Of a stretch of DNA of 64,000 bases, positions 27,837 to 41,180 are shown in pieces. Source of the stretch: Lingula anatina (Eukaryota > Animalia > Brachiopoda). Location: contig CM120643.1 of NCBI GenBank assembly GCA_051362555.1, positions 15,040,644 to 15,104,643 on the forward strand, given 5' to 3'. The position numbers were made by a program, and so were the translations under genes. The notes beneath the pieces are model-generated. The model was not told the origin of the DNA. It did not search any database and saw only the letters and a list, made by a program, of their open reading frames with translations. Each line of letters starts with the position of its first letter. The first letter of the stretch is position 1.

Positions 27837-30800
27837 GTAAGTAACACATGTTCATGACTCGTTATTTTTACGTGTAATTGTACACATGCAAGTGGTTGAT
27901 TTTTGTCAAGTTATATTTGATGTTTTTTGCGTGGATATTTATGATTATATTAAAAAATTACTACTCATACTGCAAGGAACTATCGAATATAATGAATGGA
28001 ATAAGTTTCCTTGTCAGCGCCACCTTCGTTTTTTCATCATCGTCCTCATCATCAACACAACATCTGAAGTTTTTGCCTGTTTACGTGTGGCACTGCAGCT
28101 GAACCAAAGTCCAAGTTGGTGACATTATGTTTATTTTTGGTGGATCAGACCTATACGGATATATCTGTGCCCCTTAGAAATACAAGGATAAGATTTTTTT
28201 GCTCTGTTTGATAATTTATGGTTATGGAGTCACAGGTGATGGGTGATGATTGTTAACCATGTATTCAGAGTTAGAGAAAATATAAATAAATAAATAACTT
28301 GGTTAATGATTAAAGATACCTCTATTGTGGCACCTTTTATATATGGAGAGAGATATAAGGAGATAAGTGAGATGCATTGTATTCTTATATATTGTATTCT
28401 TAGATATGTGGTCACAAAATGAATCCTTCACCTGTGCTTGAAAAGACTTAACTGTACATCCACCATTAGCAAGTGCATGTTATTACAGTGTCTTATTTCA
28501 TATGGTAAACACAGCAGAGGTGAAGTCTCCACTATGTGGGGGTGTGCTGTCTGTCTCTGTTAAGTCCTCAGACAGGTGAGGTGAAGTGAGGTGAACTGAA
28601 AGATTGACAGATTTCAGGCCCAAAAAATCTCTCTCTCTCTCTCTGTGTATCTCTTTTTCACAGCCTATTTGTCTTGTTTGTCCATTAGTGTGTTAAAGCC
28701 TAGGAAAATAACATAGAACAGTATTTAAAATGCAAGCAAAGGGTTGGTTTTCAAATTGGCTTTCAGACAGGGACTGAGGGAACGGTTTTCCATCTGGCTT
28801 ACACCTGAGTGAAAACCTATGTTAACACTGGAAAGTTACAGCAACACCACATGGCCACTAGGATAGAAACACTTCAGATCAAATTCCAAGCACTACCCAG
28901 GAGATAACTGAGAACTCATATGTCATGAATGTATGCCAATTGATATATGGCTTTGATGGAAAAATGACCTTTTCAGGGCCACCTTTCTCTTCCTACCCCC
29001 ACTCCCCCCTCAGCCCTATCTCCACCTTACCTCCACATAGCTAGTGTCTAAGAAGAGGGGTATCAGACCTTCCAGTGAACCTTCTGCCCTGTTCTTTCCC
29101 CCAAAGCTCAATCTTGCCACATTTGCTTATTTCAGGTAGAAATTCTAGGGTCAGATAACGGTGGGATTTTCAACAAGAGTTGTCATTCTGCATAACTTCA
29201 CGTCCTGAACTCTCTGGTTTTCTTTCTTCTTGAGTTTAATTAGAAGATAAGGCTGAAGTTATGCAACAGATCTATAAAAGGAAACACAGGTTTTAAATAG
29301 ATGCTGAAGTAATTGAAAAAAACGGGAAGGTTCTCTTGCCATTGAATAAAAAGGATAGAAAACATGTGCTGACACTGAAGGAGGATGAAAACACCAAGAT
29401 TAAAATACCTTCAGGTATTGAAAAGGAATAGCACTGACAGCTGTCAAAGTCTTCCCTTGTTCTACCTGGCACTTGTGGAATTTGCTTAGGTTCCTTTTCT
29501 ACCATCTAACATACACGTACGTATATACACACATACACAAAGCCCTCGTGCACACGCTCGTGCCGCTCGTGTGCATGCACACACCTTTAATTTAATATTA
29601 TTTGATTGATTAATGAAAGGCTGTAAAATGAAAGAATTGCTATGGCAGCACCAATAGATTATTCCCAGTTATTGAATGAAGAAGGTAGAAAAATCACATC
29701 ATGAATTGAAATGATAATTTTAATTAATAAAATTCCCAGTGAATTCTCTCAGGGAATGAACAACAGTGCTCGCAACTGAAAAATTACACGTTTTGAGTCA
29801 CTCAAGTCTGCTTTCCAACAGCTAGTCATGCCTTCTATTTACAATGCATACATAGTTCTCTCTATATATATATCTTGAACAGCTCTGCTTTATCTACTTT
29901 GTAAAGGAATTTGGATAATCCCTCTGTAATTTCTCCTCCAGATGATTGGAGAGGATTTCTAAGCAAAATTATGTGTTCTTATTTCCAAAGTGAACTAAAA
30001 TAAGATCTGTCCTGGGATAGAGACTAAGTGGAATGGGGGGCGGAGGGGGGTATTTGTTATTACAGTCGAATTACATTTGTTAAGTACTCCAAACATCTTG
30101 AATCCCCAGCTTTGGTATGTGCATCAATCTCGTTCAGGTAAACAGAATGTGGGAGAAAGTGTACCTTCTGCATTGTGACGTCCTCTTGTATTATTTTAAC
30201 TCTCAATATTGGTTTATATGAACTTGCCATTCATGGTGATTGGGTTATTAGAATGTAAAGTGTTAATATTGAAAGATAAGTTCAGAGGTTATCACTTCAA
30301 GTGAAGTGTGTGCTGTGGCACTTTGAACCAAGAGGAAGGTGAACTTTTGGAAATACTCAAGTGTTTAGCGATGCTTAGGTGTTTTTTTTTTCTTCACCTG
30401 CATTTACTGTTGATTTTAATCTTTAGATAGTAGAACCATAAGTTTTCTTATGTCAGAAATGCTGATGCTGTAGAAAAAAGTTAAAATTAAAAGCATTTTT
30501 GTTGAGATATTGAAAAAAAAAAAGGTTTATTTTCTGATTTTTGAAAACATTTGAAACAAAAAAAGGATTTTAGGTTTTTGTTGAAAATTTGTTTTACTTA
30601 TCCGAATGTTTTCATACGAATTATCTAAAAGTCAATCTCATGCCTGATAAATAAAGTCACTTTAACAGTCTGCAGACATGGGACATGCTTGGACTATATC
30701 ATTTCACCCCTATTTAAAGTCATTAGAACAGGCATGGGTGAGTCAAGTGCAGGAGTTCTGGGGTCGATTCCACAAAACAAGTGAAGACAGAAAACTTCAG

Positions 30801-33800
30801 CCCACTTCAATTCAATTTAGTGGTACACTTAGATAAAGAAACTGTTGATCCAAAACTTCTCTCTATAAATAGGACAATATTTTATTGAACAAGACTACCT
30901 TTGATGCACCTTTGATGTAGGTCAGAGTAAACTAAAAAAAATTTTTTTAAAGCTGAGACCAACTTTCGGTTTTATGTTAGTTTGTGGAACCGGGCCCTGC
31001 TGTCTGGTCCTTTCTTCCAGACCAAATAGGGGACCACAAAGATCTTAGCCGCAGTGGGATTTTTTATTATGTGCCTGTGAACAATGTTATTGAGCATGTG
31101 GTCTTGTTTTTATCTAGGGTTATCCCACCACAGGTAGTTTTTGTGGTTTTTCACCTGGACGTTGTGGAAGTTTCCTATTTCGTGTGAGACAAGTTGAACT
31201 TTGGTGTTCTTCATGGACAGGATATCTGCTCTGTTGTAAGACTGAGGTACACTTACTAGATAACCCAGCAGATGTCTAAATTCTAGAGTTTCTGTCCAGA
31301 TTTCAGGCCAGAAGTGCCATACTGTTTTTTTCTCTAAAAAAATTCCTACCTTTTATAACATATGGGAAGATGGATATCATTGTGGTAAGGGCACACTGTT
31401 TTTTTAGATGTCAAAAATAAAAACATGTTAAATATATAAAAATGATGGTAAAAAAGGAAGACATTTCTTTTAATTATTTGTAATTAAAAAAAAAAAGGAA
31501 TGATAGTTATTTTTTTCAAGAGTTATATAAAAGAAAAGAAATCGAAGACATTTCATATACTTTTAGTTACTTTAAAAACATGCTGTAATAGTCCATGTTT
31601 TGTACATGTAATGCTTGTTTTCCTTTGTTTGGATTAATTAACTGTCTCCATGCCCCTAAGCCCACAGTGTAAATAGAACCATGAGAAAATAAAAGTACCA
31701 CCTGACGAATGAATTAACAGGAGAGTTGGCTGTCTGCGTTTTAAAAATGGATGGAAAATACTCGAGATAAACCCTGAGAAATGGCTGAGCAGTCTGGGAC
31801 CGTTAACAGGGTGATACATGTTGTGTCTGCTGTCAAAAGATGGCGCACGTTAAAGGTAGGGTAGACCATTACGCGATTGATTTTTCTTGATAACGCCACG
31901 GGTCATCGCACAGGTCCAGTTCACCTGGGATATTTATATAGTCACTGTTATGTAAAGGCTGGGTCCATTTGTAACACCAAGGGCTAGGAAGTCTAAGAGA
32001 ACTGCACCTTACAGGAAGGAAATGAACTTTATGTTTAACAGTCACACTTGGTTGATCAGCCAAACATTCGGCTAAATCTTCGGGTCTTTTTTGGCAACAT
32101 CGGGGTCTTGTAATATGCTGGGGGCTTTGTTGACAACTCCTACGGCTTTGTTGGCTGCCCTGGGGTCGTATTTGCTAATCATTGTCTGACCAGCCAAACA
32201 GAAAAAGGGGGGCAAAGTACAGTTTGTAGTTTATATGGTATATGGGTATATTCTTAGCAAAAAAAAAAAAAAAAAGATACTTTTGTCTAAGTATCTTAAA
32301 GATTCATTCCAGATATTATTTTAATGCTTTTCATTGACACTTCAGTAGCTATTAGTAAGTTATTCTTTCTTGCTCAAAAAAGGCAGTGTAGTAGTTATAT
32401 GTTTTAGAATCTGTTTGGCTATTATTCAAATTAGTTGTCTATACAGTGACTTGTCAGAAAATTTGCTTTTTCCCTTCTTTGTAAGGGGGCCTACTTTTTT
32501 CTCCACATTTAGAAAAGTGGAAGTATGTAGCTGAATAAAAGAATAAAGTCATATACATGTTGATGGTGTTTGAAACATGAGAGGCACATGCTTATTTGTG
32601 ATAAAATGAAATTAATACATTTTTTCTTGATGTTTTTCCCGTCAGGTAAAAAAATCCCATTATCGTTATAAAGTTCATGTTTCTTACTCTGGTAGAGTTG
32701 AATAATAACTGGTTAAAACTCAGATTTTAAGTCAACAATATTTGCGGCCTAGGGCAGAGAATTACGTCCTCAACTCACCTTTTTATAACTGGATAAAATT
32801 TGAAAATGACTCGGAGTGTCATTTAAAAGATAAAGCCGTATTATTATTGTGCAAACAGCATCAACAGAGTGAAAGTAATGCATTTCACTCCAGTGATTCT
32901 GTACAGATGCCAGGGCTGTTGAATGCAATCAATAGTTCGTTTGTCTATGTGGTCTGTATATGGCCCCCACCTTAACACCAGGCCTGACTTACACTGAAAA
33001 CAATTTATATCATCATAGGACAAGATGGTTTAGAGATTCCATGTAAAACCATTCAGCTGGTTGTCTGGTGATCCCATTTAGTCAGCTTTGGGTTTATGTA
33101 AGTTCTGGTTTGAACCAAGCCAATGTGTGACAAAAGGTTACTTTCTAGAATTCTTGCATGTTGTGGAATACAGGTCCAACACACTGCTTCAAGAACCATG
33201 AAAAGTTTGTCATCCTCATCGTCATCATCATCGTTTCTCTCTCTTTCTCTCTCTCTCTCTCTCTTGCTTTTCTTCCTATTATTTACATAGAGTGGACTCT
33301 CAATGTGATATTATTATAGCAGTCACCAACACAGCAAGCTAGTCTGAATAGCTGATCTTTATATAAGGCTATATAATATTTTACATAAAAGACGCAAATT
33401 ATAAACAGCAATAGTATTTAGTACAAGTTTACTAGTGATGTGCCTCTACTCCCCCCCCCCCCCCCAATCTTTCGTTGACCCCCTCCCCTCTTGCCCCTCC
33501 CAAGTAGGTCCCAGTAAGCCAATTTCCACCTTGACCCTACAATTCTATTGTTCCTGGGGCCGCTGTTTTCACAGCAAACATCTAGGGGTTTTAATTGAGG
33601 CAGAGGGGCATGCAAATGACCCCTAAATACTGATCTGCGCCATTGTTCCGAAGGGGTGTCATTGTCACTGGCCGCCACCACTGGTGTCGATTGACAGCTG
33701 ACAGTTTTTAGACTTGGCGTTGGCTTGTGTCATTGTCGTGATGTTTTTGAAAATTGCGTCGTGTTGAGATTTGAAATATGGAGGCAGAAATGGCTGGATG

Positions 33801-35512
33801 AGGATAGGAGGATTTGTACTTGAGGAGGATTTTCGGCTGCTTCAGCTATGATAGTGATGACAAAAAGCGCTGCAAGTAGAGCTACTGCTGAAGAAGTTAA
33901 GGGTAGGAATTATAAGGAACACGATCTTCATGAATAGTTGTATACATAATTCATTTAAAATCTAATGTAATAATTGTTGTGGTTTGAGCAAGGGCGTAGT
34001 TTTGTGGAGCCTCACTTCCTCAATATTCAAACTTTGTGGTTTCTTGTGTGAAAGAGACATGTATGGGTTTTTCCTTGAATAATCTGTCAGATTCAGTTTA
34101 AGTTGTCAGTTTTTAGTGAAAGAAACTGGTTAGCAGCCATTTTTCCTGTATTCCTTCCCATTTTATTGAGCATGAGGATAAAGTAGTTTAGTAGTAAAAG
34201 CTCCTCCGTCTCCCACCCCGCCCCTTTGAACATCCCCATTAATGTTTGCTATTCAGAAATGGACCCTAATTTCTCTTATAGAGAATTGCCACCTTTTTAG
34301 GTGTCAAAGAGATTTCAGATATACCCGGTATTTTATATTGCTATGACTTATAAGATAAAGCTAATAGGACATCCAATGGAAATCATAAGACAAAACAACC
34401 AGCTTATTGGATATGTCAACATTTTATGTTAATTGATATCAATTACCTGTCAAAATAGTTAATTAATTAAAATGATATTGACCCCCTCCATGGTCTCTCA
34501 TACTGTTAGCATTCTTTTGTTCCTGTATTTGTATACCTATGTTAATAAGCTATTGGTATCTTTAACTTAAAGAAAAAGTCTAGACCTCTTATAATGGATA
34601 AAGCCTTTTAAATGAGACTTAGGAGATGACATTTTGAATAAATTACATATCAGTGTCTGCACTGGGGGTGGCTTTCTTTAATTTGAGGATCATGTTAACA
34701 ACCCACCTTTAATAATTCTGTGCCTCGAAATAGGAAATGATGTTAATGTTGTCTGAAAAGTAACACTGTTACTAGTACAGACTTCCCATCCAAGATAGAA
34801 TATTCAAATATTCTATTTGGTATGTACAACAAATATACACATGGAATGTCTCTAGAATTTGCCCTAATGCATGTTTTCATTATTAAACAGAGCAAAATGT
34901 ATAAATGTTTGCCAATCTAGATGATGTTAGATTATAATAAAACTAATTGAACTCAAAAAGTTTTTACATTTACAGGCTCACTTCTACAAAATGATAATGT
35001 ACAATGTCATAAATGTTTCATTCATAGTTTAGTGTTTTCTGTGATGTCAATCGCCAAAGGAGCGTTCATGTGTTCCAACACAAGTTCCTCATGGAGTCAA
35101 CATCTTCCTTAAGGTCCTCTCTGTTGACATTCTTAGTGTTATGCAATGGATGTCAATATTTTTCACATGGTTCATTCCAAGTCACAGCATTGGCATGTGT
35201 GTCCCAAGTTCTGGGTTTGTTTTCACGTTTGAAATTTGTTATGGACATGTGGCATTTAGTTGTTTTCAGAGTAGGGTGCTGGAATACAGAATTGCATATC
35301 CATAATTGAATTGCAATTATTTTGTCATCCATTTTCATCCCCATTATTGTGTGTTTATTTGACATTAGATCCTGTTCAATCTCAATGAAATAAATAATTT
35401 GATGCAGTTAATAGGGTAATTTACTGATCAAAGCAATTGATTTGGACACTTTAATAACTATACTTGAATTACAATAATGGGTTTTACTAATTATTTTTTC
35501 CATTATTTTCAG

Positions 35513-35580
35513 AGAAACTACTAAACTCAACAGGGAGAGAACTGAGAAGAGCCTTATTCTCATTGAAACAGATATTTCAG
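35513..35580 (+). CDS. FHOD: Exon 4 (EKLLNSTGRELRRALFSLKQIFQ), FH3/DID start
   Basis: ttattttcag|AG ... CAG|gtaatg, phase 1-0. Confidence 0.95.
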
Positions 35581-35713
35581 GTAATGTGGAATACCTATGA
35601 TATATAAATTAGTCATACATGTATTATCAAGGCAACCTGACCCTTTAGTCACCCCTTTGTGGTGTGAATAATGAAGGACATGAAGAGAATGATAAGATCT
35701 TAGGCACATGCAT

Positions 35714-35714
<1 letters not shown>

Positions 35715-35760
<46 letters not shown>

Positions 35761-35780
35761 CATGCACACACACACACATG

Positions 35781-35813
<33 letters not shown>
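35715..35813. repeat. Interrupted (CA)n microsatellite
   Basis: Read directly. Confidence 0.95.
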
Positions 35814-35815
<2 letters not shown>

Positions 35816-37707
35816 TTGAGACAGTGCCCTCATATCCCATGAAACATTGTCAATTTTAGGATGGCTTTTTTTAGTTAATTTTCATTTAATTGGAGAAGAA
35901 CACAAAAGGAGGATTTTAAAGTGATTTTCCAAATGGTTTTGCACTTAGTCCTGACATACATGCATGTATTATACTTATATGTCAGTGACAGATACAAATA
36001 GCTTTTTTAAAACTGGTTCCTATTGAAAACTAAAATAACAGTAAAACTATTCCTGAATGGGACTGAAGTACTGTAGACATCCCTATAACAGTTAAAGGAT
36101 GAGAGGAAGTCATGAGAGAAAAGTCATTGAACTCATCAGACCATTAAACTGAGTAGTTTAGATAAAATGGATAAGAAGTTCATGGGGATGGAGCCTACTC
36201 TTTGACGATGCACCAAAGTTACGAGACAAATTTCTCTATTGCTGAATTGACATGTTGTTGTAACTTGAGTTCAGTTTCTTGTCATAAGATATATAGCACT
36301 AAAATATGGAGATTTACTTCAGCTTCGGCCATCTGGGTTGCAGAAAAAAATTAGTTTGATAAACAGTTTTTTTAGTCTGCACTTCTGAATTCTTCATGCA
36401 ATTTGATCGGGATTTAAATAGAGAAATGTTTTACAACTGAAGTTTTTTCAAAATTCGTAGGTCATGAATTGTTTTTTGATAGTTTTAACTTTGGTGACTG
36501 TTTTTCTTCTTTGTTCTAGCAATGCAGTTGTAAATGGGAAAGGGGGACCCGGGAGGAAAAATCAAACGTGTCCACACATCCTGACAACTTTCATTTTAGC
36601 CGTTAAACTTAAAATTGTTTATCATATTTGAGTACACTCCTTGCACCTGGTTAACTGTTGCCCTTTCCTAACCTTTCCACTCTTGCTTAAAGAAGCTTAA
36701 AATCACATAACAAAGAGCTGTTTCAGCTAAGGCAGTCTGACACATCAACAGGTTCATAGGTAATCAATTGGAGGCGCAGCCGTCGCGCAAGGCACCCGCT
36801 AATGAGGAAGTGTACATCAGACAAAATTGTAGCTTTCGTATTTGTCACCCAAAGTCTCAGATGATACAAAAAACAGTGTTCACTCCTTCAGGCTATATAA
36901 CAGTAAAGAGATCAGTAGATAGGTTATCAAACAATTAATAGGTAGATAAATAAGTAAATAAATAAACAGACAGACAGATCAATAAATATGAGAAAAAGGT
37001 ATGAATTCACTTTCTCCCCACCTCCACTAAATCCCCACTTGACAAAAATCACAAAAAAAATTTTTGAAAAGTACTGGAAAAGCTTTCCTTTTCCATCCCA
37101 AATCAGCTCAACATCTGCTACTGTAAGTAGCTAGGCACAAGACTGTAAAATTTGAGCCATAACTATGGTACCCAGTAGCAGACATCTTCATTTGTCATCT
37201 GTGTACTGGTTGGTTCTAATGGGACAGCTCACGCGATGAACTTGCCAGGCCATATCTGATTGGTGGACTGTCAGCAGCTGTGACTAAAATGTAGATGGCA
37301 GGGCATTTTGTCAAGGCACTCTAATTTTAACATCATAGTACATCGACTTATTTATTTATTTATAAACATATTGATGCAACCAGTTTTGGTCTTAAAATTT
37401 AGATAAACTTTATTTATTTATTTATTTTTTTATTTATTTATTTATTTATTTTTTTTTCTTTTATTTTTTTTATTTTTTATTTTTTTTTGAAACCACCAAA
37501 TGTCAGAATGTGAAGTATCAAGCACCCTAACTGTTAAGTAACTTATTAAATTTTGTATATTAATTTAGTGACTGAATTTACTGCACATATGATGATTGAT
37601 CAGTCAGATATAGAGTGAAATAACATGTTCATGATTTCTATCAATTTAATGGGCATCTTATTGTACTCTTTCTTCATGATTGACAGTTTTCATCCTTCTG
37701 TTTCCAG

Positions 37708-37813
37708 GATGACAAGGACCTGGTGCATGAGTTTGTGAACAGCGATGGGTTGATGTGTCTGATCAAAGTGGGTTCTGAGGCCGACCAGAACTACCAGAAC
37801 TACATCTTAAGGG
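37708..37813 (+). CDS. FHOD: Exon 5 ([10 protein letters not shown]...QNYILR)
   Basis: tttccag|GAT ... G|gtaggt, phase 0-1. Confidence 0.95.
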
Positions 37814-40347
37814 GTAGGTACTGATATTCTGAAAGTATGATGGAAAAAAATTTAATTTCTCTGGAAATTTGAACACTTTTTGCTTTCATCATTGTGGTAT
37901 AGCATGTGGTCAACTGTTATGTAGCAGAAATACAAGCTATAAACTGCTTTTGAGTCACTCCTGGAGATAGAGGCTGACACATTTCGCTGCTGACAGTAAA
38001 CTTTTGAAATTTTTATAGCCCAGACAGTCGTAGGTAAAGAATACTTTGACGATAGAAACAGTTTGATTTTTAAAGTTATTTCAAAACTCATTGCCAATCT
38101 TTCCCACAAATATGCTCCCACCCACCTCGATTGCTTGCAACATGTCGTATATGCACTTGTCAACTTTTAAGTGTTGTTATTAGACAGAAGTAAAAAGAGT
38201 TTATTTCCAACAGCCTACACAACAGTAGTGCCTTGTAAACAGGAAAAGGGAAAAGAATGAAATGACACATTTCTAATATTGGTTATACATGGTAAGTTTT
38301 GGAAGACAAACTAAACTGCCATCTTAAAGCTATGTGTCCACATCCTCTGACGTATGTCTTGAAACAGTGCTACATTGTGTCATACAAAATACACAACAAC
38401 AACATGGTCAGTATTTGTTTAGTTGTTGCATATACACAAGTTGCAATCAACAGTTTGACTTGTGAGGTTCAAACCAGTTTTCATATCAGCGTAGGCAGTT
38501 TCTGGTTGCTTATTTTACGAATCAGCAAACAGCCTAAATCACCATCACCAGCAATGCCACCACTCCTCCGCTTGGGGCCTGTTACAGCATAGAACTAATG
38601 ACTGAAAATTTGTCTTAATTTTAAGGCCAAAATTTTTGTTTTACTTATTTGAAACCTAGATAGATCAGCAGTTGTCTGATTTTAGAAATGAAATATAGTG
38701 CCTGTTTTATAGAAGGGAAAGACTGGCCTATGTTTTGGACCAGCGGTTGATGTATTTCAGTGGGCCAAATGGATGAAATTGAATTGGAATAGAAATGGAC
38801 CAACACATTTGATTTTACAGTTCAGACCGACTTAAATTCTTACGTACTGTTCTCACCTGTGACTGGTGACTTGACAGAAACAGCTTTGCTTTCCTCTTTT
38901 GTGCGAAGAATAACAAACGTGACCTGTGGTTTTAAAGGCGGTGCTTATGTTAATGCAGAAATGAGACACAAGAGGACGGTGGTCCTTCCAAAACAACCGT
39001 CAGTAATGACCAGTCTGGGCCATTGTAACGGTCATCCTGGCTACCTGTACTGAACATTATGAGAATTATACTAAGTGTTAACTAGGAGTTTTCAGACCTG
39101 GGAAGACTTGTGTTGACTTTATAGAGGGGTATTTTGTTATTTCTGGGGAGGACTCTATGTTTGAAGGGGGAGCGAGTTGATTTACTTACAGTTGATTATG
39201 ATAAATTATTAATATATTATCTCTTTTATAATGCTTGATCACATTTGGATAAAGAAGTAAATAGATAAAAAAAAAAGTTCATTTGTTATAGAATGAGTAC
39301 AGTATTAAATCAAAAAATTAAAATGTGGTGAAAAATTTATTTTAAAAAGTTAACAGAAAAACATTTTCACAATCTCTGGTTCAGTTATCTATTTAATGTA
39401 TGTCTGTAATGACATTTGCTCCAAGAGGGAAAAGATCACTGGGCAAAAGGTGTCGTATCTTGTTTTAACAATGTTCCATATTTTTGCCCTATTCAAAAGT
39501 GCAGTGTTTTCTTGAAACAAAAAAATCTGGACTTGTTCCTTATTAAGGTGTACACTGAAAAAGACAAAATATAAAGAAAAATTATCCTAAAATTATCCTA
39601 ATATTTTGAAAAGAAACTGTAGCATAAGAGTTTCAAAAAAATATTCCCCTTTACTCTAAACAGTAGTTAAAGTTTTGAAATAAATCCCTGACTAAAAAGT
39701 GAAAGTGCAAATATATGCTGTGAAAATAGTTATAAATGTACCTAATCACCACTTCAGTTGTGTATTTGTCCACAATAAAAAGCTTCTGTGAAAATACTGA
39801 GTTTGTTGCTTTATCCAGACCCAATAAATATTGTGCTTTTGAGCAGCCAGACAATGAGATGTTGAGTCATATGTTTGTATGGAGAGAAGTCTGCCTTGGG
39901 TTGGGCTACAAACAAAACTCCACCTCGTGTACCCATCCTCGTATGCAGAGATTGTTTGTAGAGGTTAGAAACTAGGGCTCAAAGAGCCAAGAAAATTGTA
40001 CAACTTGATAGAATTTTTTTCTTTCTACTGGTTTTTATTATTCTTATTTAGAAAAGGGAATGGGAGTTGAATTGAGTAAAAAAAATATTAAAATAAAAAA
40101 TAATAAAATTGCATGTTTGCCATGATGGAATTATTTACAGCAAAGTGAATTGTGACAATTTATTTAATGATTTTTCATCAGAAAGTGATTGATATGATAA
40201 AAACAGTCTTAAAGCTTATGTTTCAAAAATTTGACTTTAGAAGTAAAATATATTGTTGTCTTTAATAATGATAATGATATTATCAAATAATTAGAAGTAT
40301 TATTTTAGGAAATTTGACTATGTATTATATTTATTGTATTATTCCAG

Positions 40348-40442
40348 CCCTGGGTCAGGTTATGCTGTATGTGGATGGTATGAATGGAGTGATAGGACAC
40401 AATGAGACCATACAGTGGCTTTACTCTCTCATAGCATCTAAG
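40348..40442 (+). CDS. FHOD: Exon 6 ([15 protein letters not shown]...WLYSLIASK)
   Basis: attccag|CC ... AAG|gtaaga, phase 1-0. The 3' end is the first unit of the 24-bp minisatellite. Confidence 0.93.
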
Positions 40443-40821
40443 GTAAGATATCTCATAGCATCTAAGGTAAGATATCTCATAGCATCTAAGGTAAGATATC
40501 TCATAGCATCGAAGGTAAGATATCTCATAGCATCGAAGGTAAGATATAGCATCGAAGGTAAGATATCTCACAGCATCGAAGGTAAGATATCTCACAGCAT
40601 CTAAGGTAAGATATCTCACAGCATCTAAGGTAAGCTATCTCATAGCATCTAAGGTAAGATATCTCACAACATCGAAGGTAAGATATCTCACAACATCGAA
40701 GGTAAGATATCTCACAACATCGAAGGTAAGATATCTCATAGCATCGAAGGTAAGATGTCTCATAGCATTCTAAGGTAAGATGTCTCATAGCATTCTAAGA
40801 TAAGATATCTCAAAGCATTTA
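40428..40821 (+). repeat. 24-bp minisatellite (ctcatagcatctaaggtaagatat), about 16.5 units, containing the exon 6 end and its splice donor
   Basis: Units counted directly. Unit 6 lacks 5 nt, units 15-16 are 25 nt, unit 16 has lost the GT. Confidence 0.97.
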
Positions 40822-41068
40822 GACAAATCATAGTTTGTCTATACTCTCATAAGTTTAGATAGTACATGTATGTCTCATAGTATTACCAGGATTCTACTCT
40901 ATCATAATGAAGGTGTTTTTTTTTTACCAGTCTCTTAGTATAATTATAGTTTAAATCTTTTAACTTCCTTGTTTAAATATTCATATTCAGCTGAACTTGA
41001 ATCTCATTCTCTTGAGTCTCATTGCCACATGTAACAAGTTCTGAATATTTCTGTGTTTTGTATTTAAG

Positions 41069-41180
41069 TTTCGTTTGGTTGTGAAGACGGCTCTCAAGCT
41101 CCTTCTGGTGTTTGTGGAGTACACGGAGTCCAACACCCAACTGCTCATCAACGCTGTCAACATAGTGGACGGGAATAGAG
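41069..41180 (+). CDS. FHOD: Exon 7 ([18 protein letters not shown]...DGNR)
   Basis: tatttaag|TTT (uncommon AAG acceptor) ... G|gtgggt, phase 0-1, conserved FHOD peptide. Confidence 0.93.

Noticed and set aside
33600-34030. GC-richer block with acidic peptide fragments, possibly a transposon relic
   Set aside because: No termini, target duplication or continuous frame could be identified.
40428-40821. CRISPR-like look of the 24-bp repeats, and the repeat-derived ORFs on both strands
   Set aside because: Units are contiguous with no unique spacers, there are no cas genes and the context is eukaryotic. The ORFs are by-products of the repeat.
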